Source: Escherichia coli (lineage in GTDB: Bacteria > Pseudomonadota > Gammaproteobacteria > Enterobacterales > Enterobacteriaceae). From it: DNA of 32,000 bases. Position 1 is the first letter of the stretch. Every line of letters begins with the position of its first letter. This document shows positions 29,562 to 32,000 of this stretch, piece by piece. The notes under the pieces are model-generated. The model was not told the DNA's origin. It saw only the letters and a program-made list of their open reading frames with translations, and searched no databases. The position numbers were made by a program, and so were the translations under genes. Location of the stretch: NCBI RefSeq assembly GCF_024700815.2, contig NZ_CP117013.1; one strand, written 5' to 3'.

Positions 29562-31385
29562 TTAATCGTCTTTCGGTGCGCGGTTGGCGCGGCGACGATC
29601 GTTTTCCGTCAGGTGACGTTTACGAATACGGATAGAGGTCGGAGTCACTTCTACCAGTTCGTCATCATCGATGAACTCCAGAGCTTGTTCCAGAGTCATG
29701 CGGATAGGCGGAACCAGAACAACGGCTTCGTCAGTACCGGAAGCACGCATGTTGGTCAGTTTCTTACCGGTCAGGCAGTTTACAGTCAGGTCGTTAGAGC
29801 GGCTATGAATACCGATAATCTGACCTTCGTAAACTTCTGCACCGTGACCGAGGAACAGCTTACCGCGATCCTGCAGACCGAACAGCGCGAACGCGACCGC
29901 TTTACCCTGACCGTTAGAGATCAGTACACCGTTCTGACGCTGACCCACTTCGCCCGGACGTACGTCGTCGTAGTGGCTGAAGGTGGAGTACAGCAGACCA
30001 GTACCGGAAGTCATGGTCATGAACTCAGAACGGAAGCCAATCAGACCACGGCTTGGGATCACGTAGTCGAGACGTACGCGGCCTTTACCGTCTGGATTCA
30101 TGTTTTTCAGGTCGCCTTTACGTTCGCCCAGCGCCTGCATCACAGAACCCTGATGCTGTTCTTCAACGTCCAGCGTCACGTTTTCATACGGCTCTTGTTT
30201 ACGACCGTCGATTTCACGGAAGATAACTTTCGGACGGGATACCGCCAGTTCGAAACCTTCACGACGCATGTTTTCGATCAGAACAGACAGGTGCAGTTCG
30301 CCACGACCAGAAACGCGGAACGCATCGGCGTCTTCGGTTTCTTCTACGCGCAGCGCAACGTTGTGTACCAGTTCTTTGTTCAGACGATCCAGGATCTGAC
30401 GAGACGTTACGAACTTACCTTCTTTACCGCAGAACGGCGAGGTGTTAACGCAGAAGAACATAGAAACGGTCGGCTCATCAACGGAGAGTGCCGGCAGCGC
30501 TTCAACGTTTTGCGTGTCGCAAACGGTGTCAGAAATGTTCAGTTCGCCCAGGCCCGTGATCGCCACGATATCGCCAGCTTCCGCCAGATCGGTTTCAATA
30601 CGTTCCAGACCGAGGTGGCCCAGCACTTTACCGACTTTCGCATTACGGGTTTTGCCTTCGCTATCGATGATAGTGACCTGCTGGTTCGGCTTCACTTTAC
30701 CGCGCTTGATGCGGCCAATGCCGATAACGCCAACATAGCTGTTGTAATCGAGCTGAGAAATCTGCATCTGGAACGGACCGTCAAGGTCAACGTCCGGCGC
30801 AGGAACGTGGTCAACAATCGCCTGATACAGCGGGGTCATGTCTTCCGCCATATCTTCGTGGTCCAGACCCGCGATACCGTTCAGCGCAGAAGCGTAAACG
30901 ATCGGGAAGTCCAGCTGCTCGTCGGTCGCGTCGAGGTTAACGAACAGATCGAATACCTGATCCACAACCCAATCAGGACGCGCGCCAGGGCGGTCAACTT
31001 TGTTGATAACAACAATCGGCTTCAGGCCGTAAGCAAACGCTTTTTTGGTTACGAAGCGCGTTTGCGGCATCGGGCCGTCAAATGCGTCAACCACCAGCAG
31101 CACTGAGTCTACCATGGACATTACACGTTCAACTTCACCACCGAAGTCGGCGTGCCCCGGGGTATCAACGATGTTGATACGGTAATCATTCCATTTGATA
31201 GCGGTGTTTTTCGCGAGGATGGTAATCCCACGCTCTTTCTCCAAATCGTTGGAGTCCATCACGCGCTCTTGGGTTTCGGCACGAGAGTCGAACGTACCGG
31301 ATTGTTGGAGCAGCTTGTCTACCAGGGTGGTTTTACCATGGTCTACGTGCGCGATGATGGCGATATTACGCAATTTTTCGATCAC
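29562..31385 (-). CDS. typA: Ribosome-associated GTPase TypA/BipA
   Basis: 607 aa; [21 protein letters not shown]. Confidence 0.98.
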   Translation of the reverse strand: MIEKLRNIAIIAHVDHGKTTLVDKLLQQSGTFDSRAETQERVMDSNDLEKERGITILAKNTAIKWNDYRINIVDTPGHADFGGEVERVMSMVDSVLLVVDAFDGPMPQTRFVTKKAFAYGLKPIVVINKVDRPGARPDWVVDQVFDLFVNLDATDEQLDFPIVYASALNGIAGLDHEDMAEDMTPLYQAIVDHVPAPDVDLDGPFQMQISQLDYNSYVGVIGIGRIKRGKVKPNQQVTIIDSEGKTRNAKVGKVLGHLGLERIETDLAEAGDIVAITGLGELNISDTVCDTQNVEALPALSVDEPTVSMFFCVNTSPFCGKEGKFVTSRQILDRLNKELVHNVALRVEETEDADAFRVSGRGELHLSVLIENMRREGFELAVSRPKVIFREIDGRKQEPYENVTLDVEEQHQGSVMQALGERKGDLKNMNPDGKGRVRLDYVIPSRGLIGFRSEFMTMTSGTGLLYSTFSHYDDVRPGEVGQRQNGVLISNGQGKAVAFALFGLQDRGKLFLGHGAEVYEGQIIGIHSRSNDLTVNCLTGKKLTNMRASGTDEAVVLVPPIRMTLEQALEFIDDDELVEVTPTSIRIRKRHLTENDRRRANRAPKDD

Positions 31386-31536
31386 AACTTTGCCTCAGGC
31401 ATTAGAAATAGCGCGTTATTGTACACGGATTAATCGCACTACAAAACAGGATCACAAACATCCTCCGCAAACAAGTATTGCAGAGTCCCTTTGTGATCGC
31501 TTTCACGGAGCATAAAAAGGGTTATCCAAAGGTCAT

Positions 31537-31585
31537 TGCACCAATATGGTGCTTAATGTTTCCATTGAAGCACTATATTGGTGCA
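31537..31585 (+). promoter_or_regulatory. Two NtrC-type enhancer sites upstream of glnA
   Basis: TGCACCAATATGGTGC (31537-31552) and GCACTATATTGGTGCA (31570-31585). Confidence 0.85.
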
Positions 31586-31657
31586 ACATTCACATCATGG
31601 TGCAGCCCTTTTGCACGATGTTAAGCATGATAACGCCTTTTAGGGGCAATTTAAAAG

Positions 31658-31675
31658 TTGGCACAGTTTTCGCTT
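31658..31675 (+). promoter_or_regulatory. Sigma-54 promoter glnAp2
   Basis: TTGGCACAGTTTTCGCTT, sigma-54 -24/-12-like, between NtrC sites and glnA. Confidence 0.75.
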
Positions 31676-31757
31676 TATCTTTTTTACGGCGACACGGCCA
31701 AAATAATTGCAGATTTCGTTACCACGACGACCATGACCAATCCAGGAGAGTTAAAGT

Positions 31758-32000
31758 ATGTCCGCTGAACACGTACTGACGATGCTGAACGAGCACGAAG
31801 TGAAGTTTGTTGATTTGCGCTTCACCGATACCAAAGGTAAAGAACAGCACGTCACTATCCCTGCTCATCAGGTGAATGCTGAATTCTTCGAAGAAGGCAA
31901 AATGTTTGACGGCTCCTCGATTGGCGGCTGGAAAGGCATTAACGAATCCGACATGGTGCTGATGCCAGACGCATCCACCGCAGTGATTGACCCGTTCTTC
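31758..32000 (+). CDS. glnA: Glutamine synthetase, truncated by window end
   Basis: ATG at 31758; [32 protein letters not shown]. Confidence 0.98.

Noticed and set aside
29613-31106. 497-aa ORF on the + strand opposite typA
   Set aside because: Antisense shadow of the highly conserved, codon-biased typA gene; composition and lack of own signals indicate no real gene.
1-32000. CRISPR array, tRNA/rRNA, integrase, transposase or phage genes
   Set aside because: Looked for regularly spaced direct repeats, tRNA cloverleaf sequences and mobility proteins among the ORFs; none found. The about 100-bp repeat pair is only two copies and 1.8 kb apart.

Overview
The window is an Escherichia coli-type chromosomal segment. 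Family assignments come from recalled protein similarity and motifs; no database search was run. Backbone genes in order: frvR (3' part), a 5'-truncated yiiG, fdhD, the selenoprotein formate dehydrogenase-O operon fdoG(Sec)-fdoH-fdoI-fdhE, yiiF, yiiE, then fabY(yiiD)-dtd-yihY-yihX, and later yihN-yihM-yihL-typA/bipA-glnA (5' part). Two accessory blocks stand out. (1) Between yiiE and fabY (about 9.5-14.5 kb) there are small Arg/Cys/His-rich ORFs, a HigBA/RelE-type toxin-antitoxin pair whose toxin looks frameshifted at its C-terminus, a duplicated leader hairpin that would sequester a Shine-Dalgarno, an HSL-like alpha/beta hydrolase, and a 604-aa protein with a CKSAKDR CX5R phosphatase motif resembling the SopB/IpgD type III effector phosphoinositide phosphatases, with no secretion system in view. 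(2) At the site of the K-12 sulfoquinovose (yihO-W) locus there is a variant sulfoglycolysis-like cluster (17.66-26.22 kb). It keeps close homologues of the aldolase (YihT), reductase (YihU), kinase (YihV) and regulator (YihW/CsqR). It lacks YihQ, YihS, YihO and YihP. It carries instead a zinc alcohol/polyol dehydrogenase, an MHS-type MFS transporter, a second MFS transporter and an aldose-1-epimerase-like protein, and the block is inverted relative to my recollection of K-12. The best candidate for an under-described system is this alternative sulfosugar or sulfopolyol pathway, followed by the SopB/IpgD-like gene.
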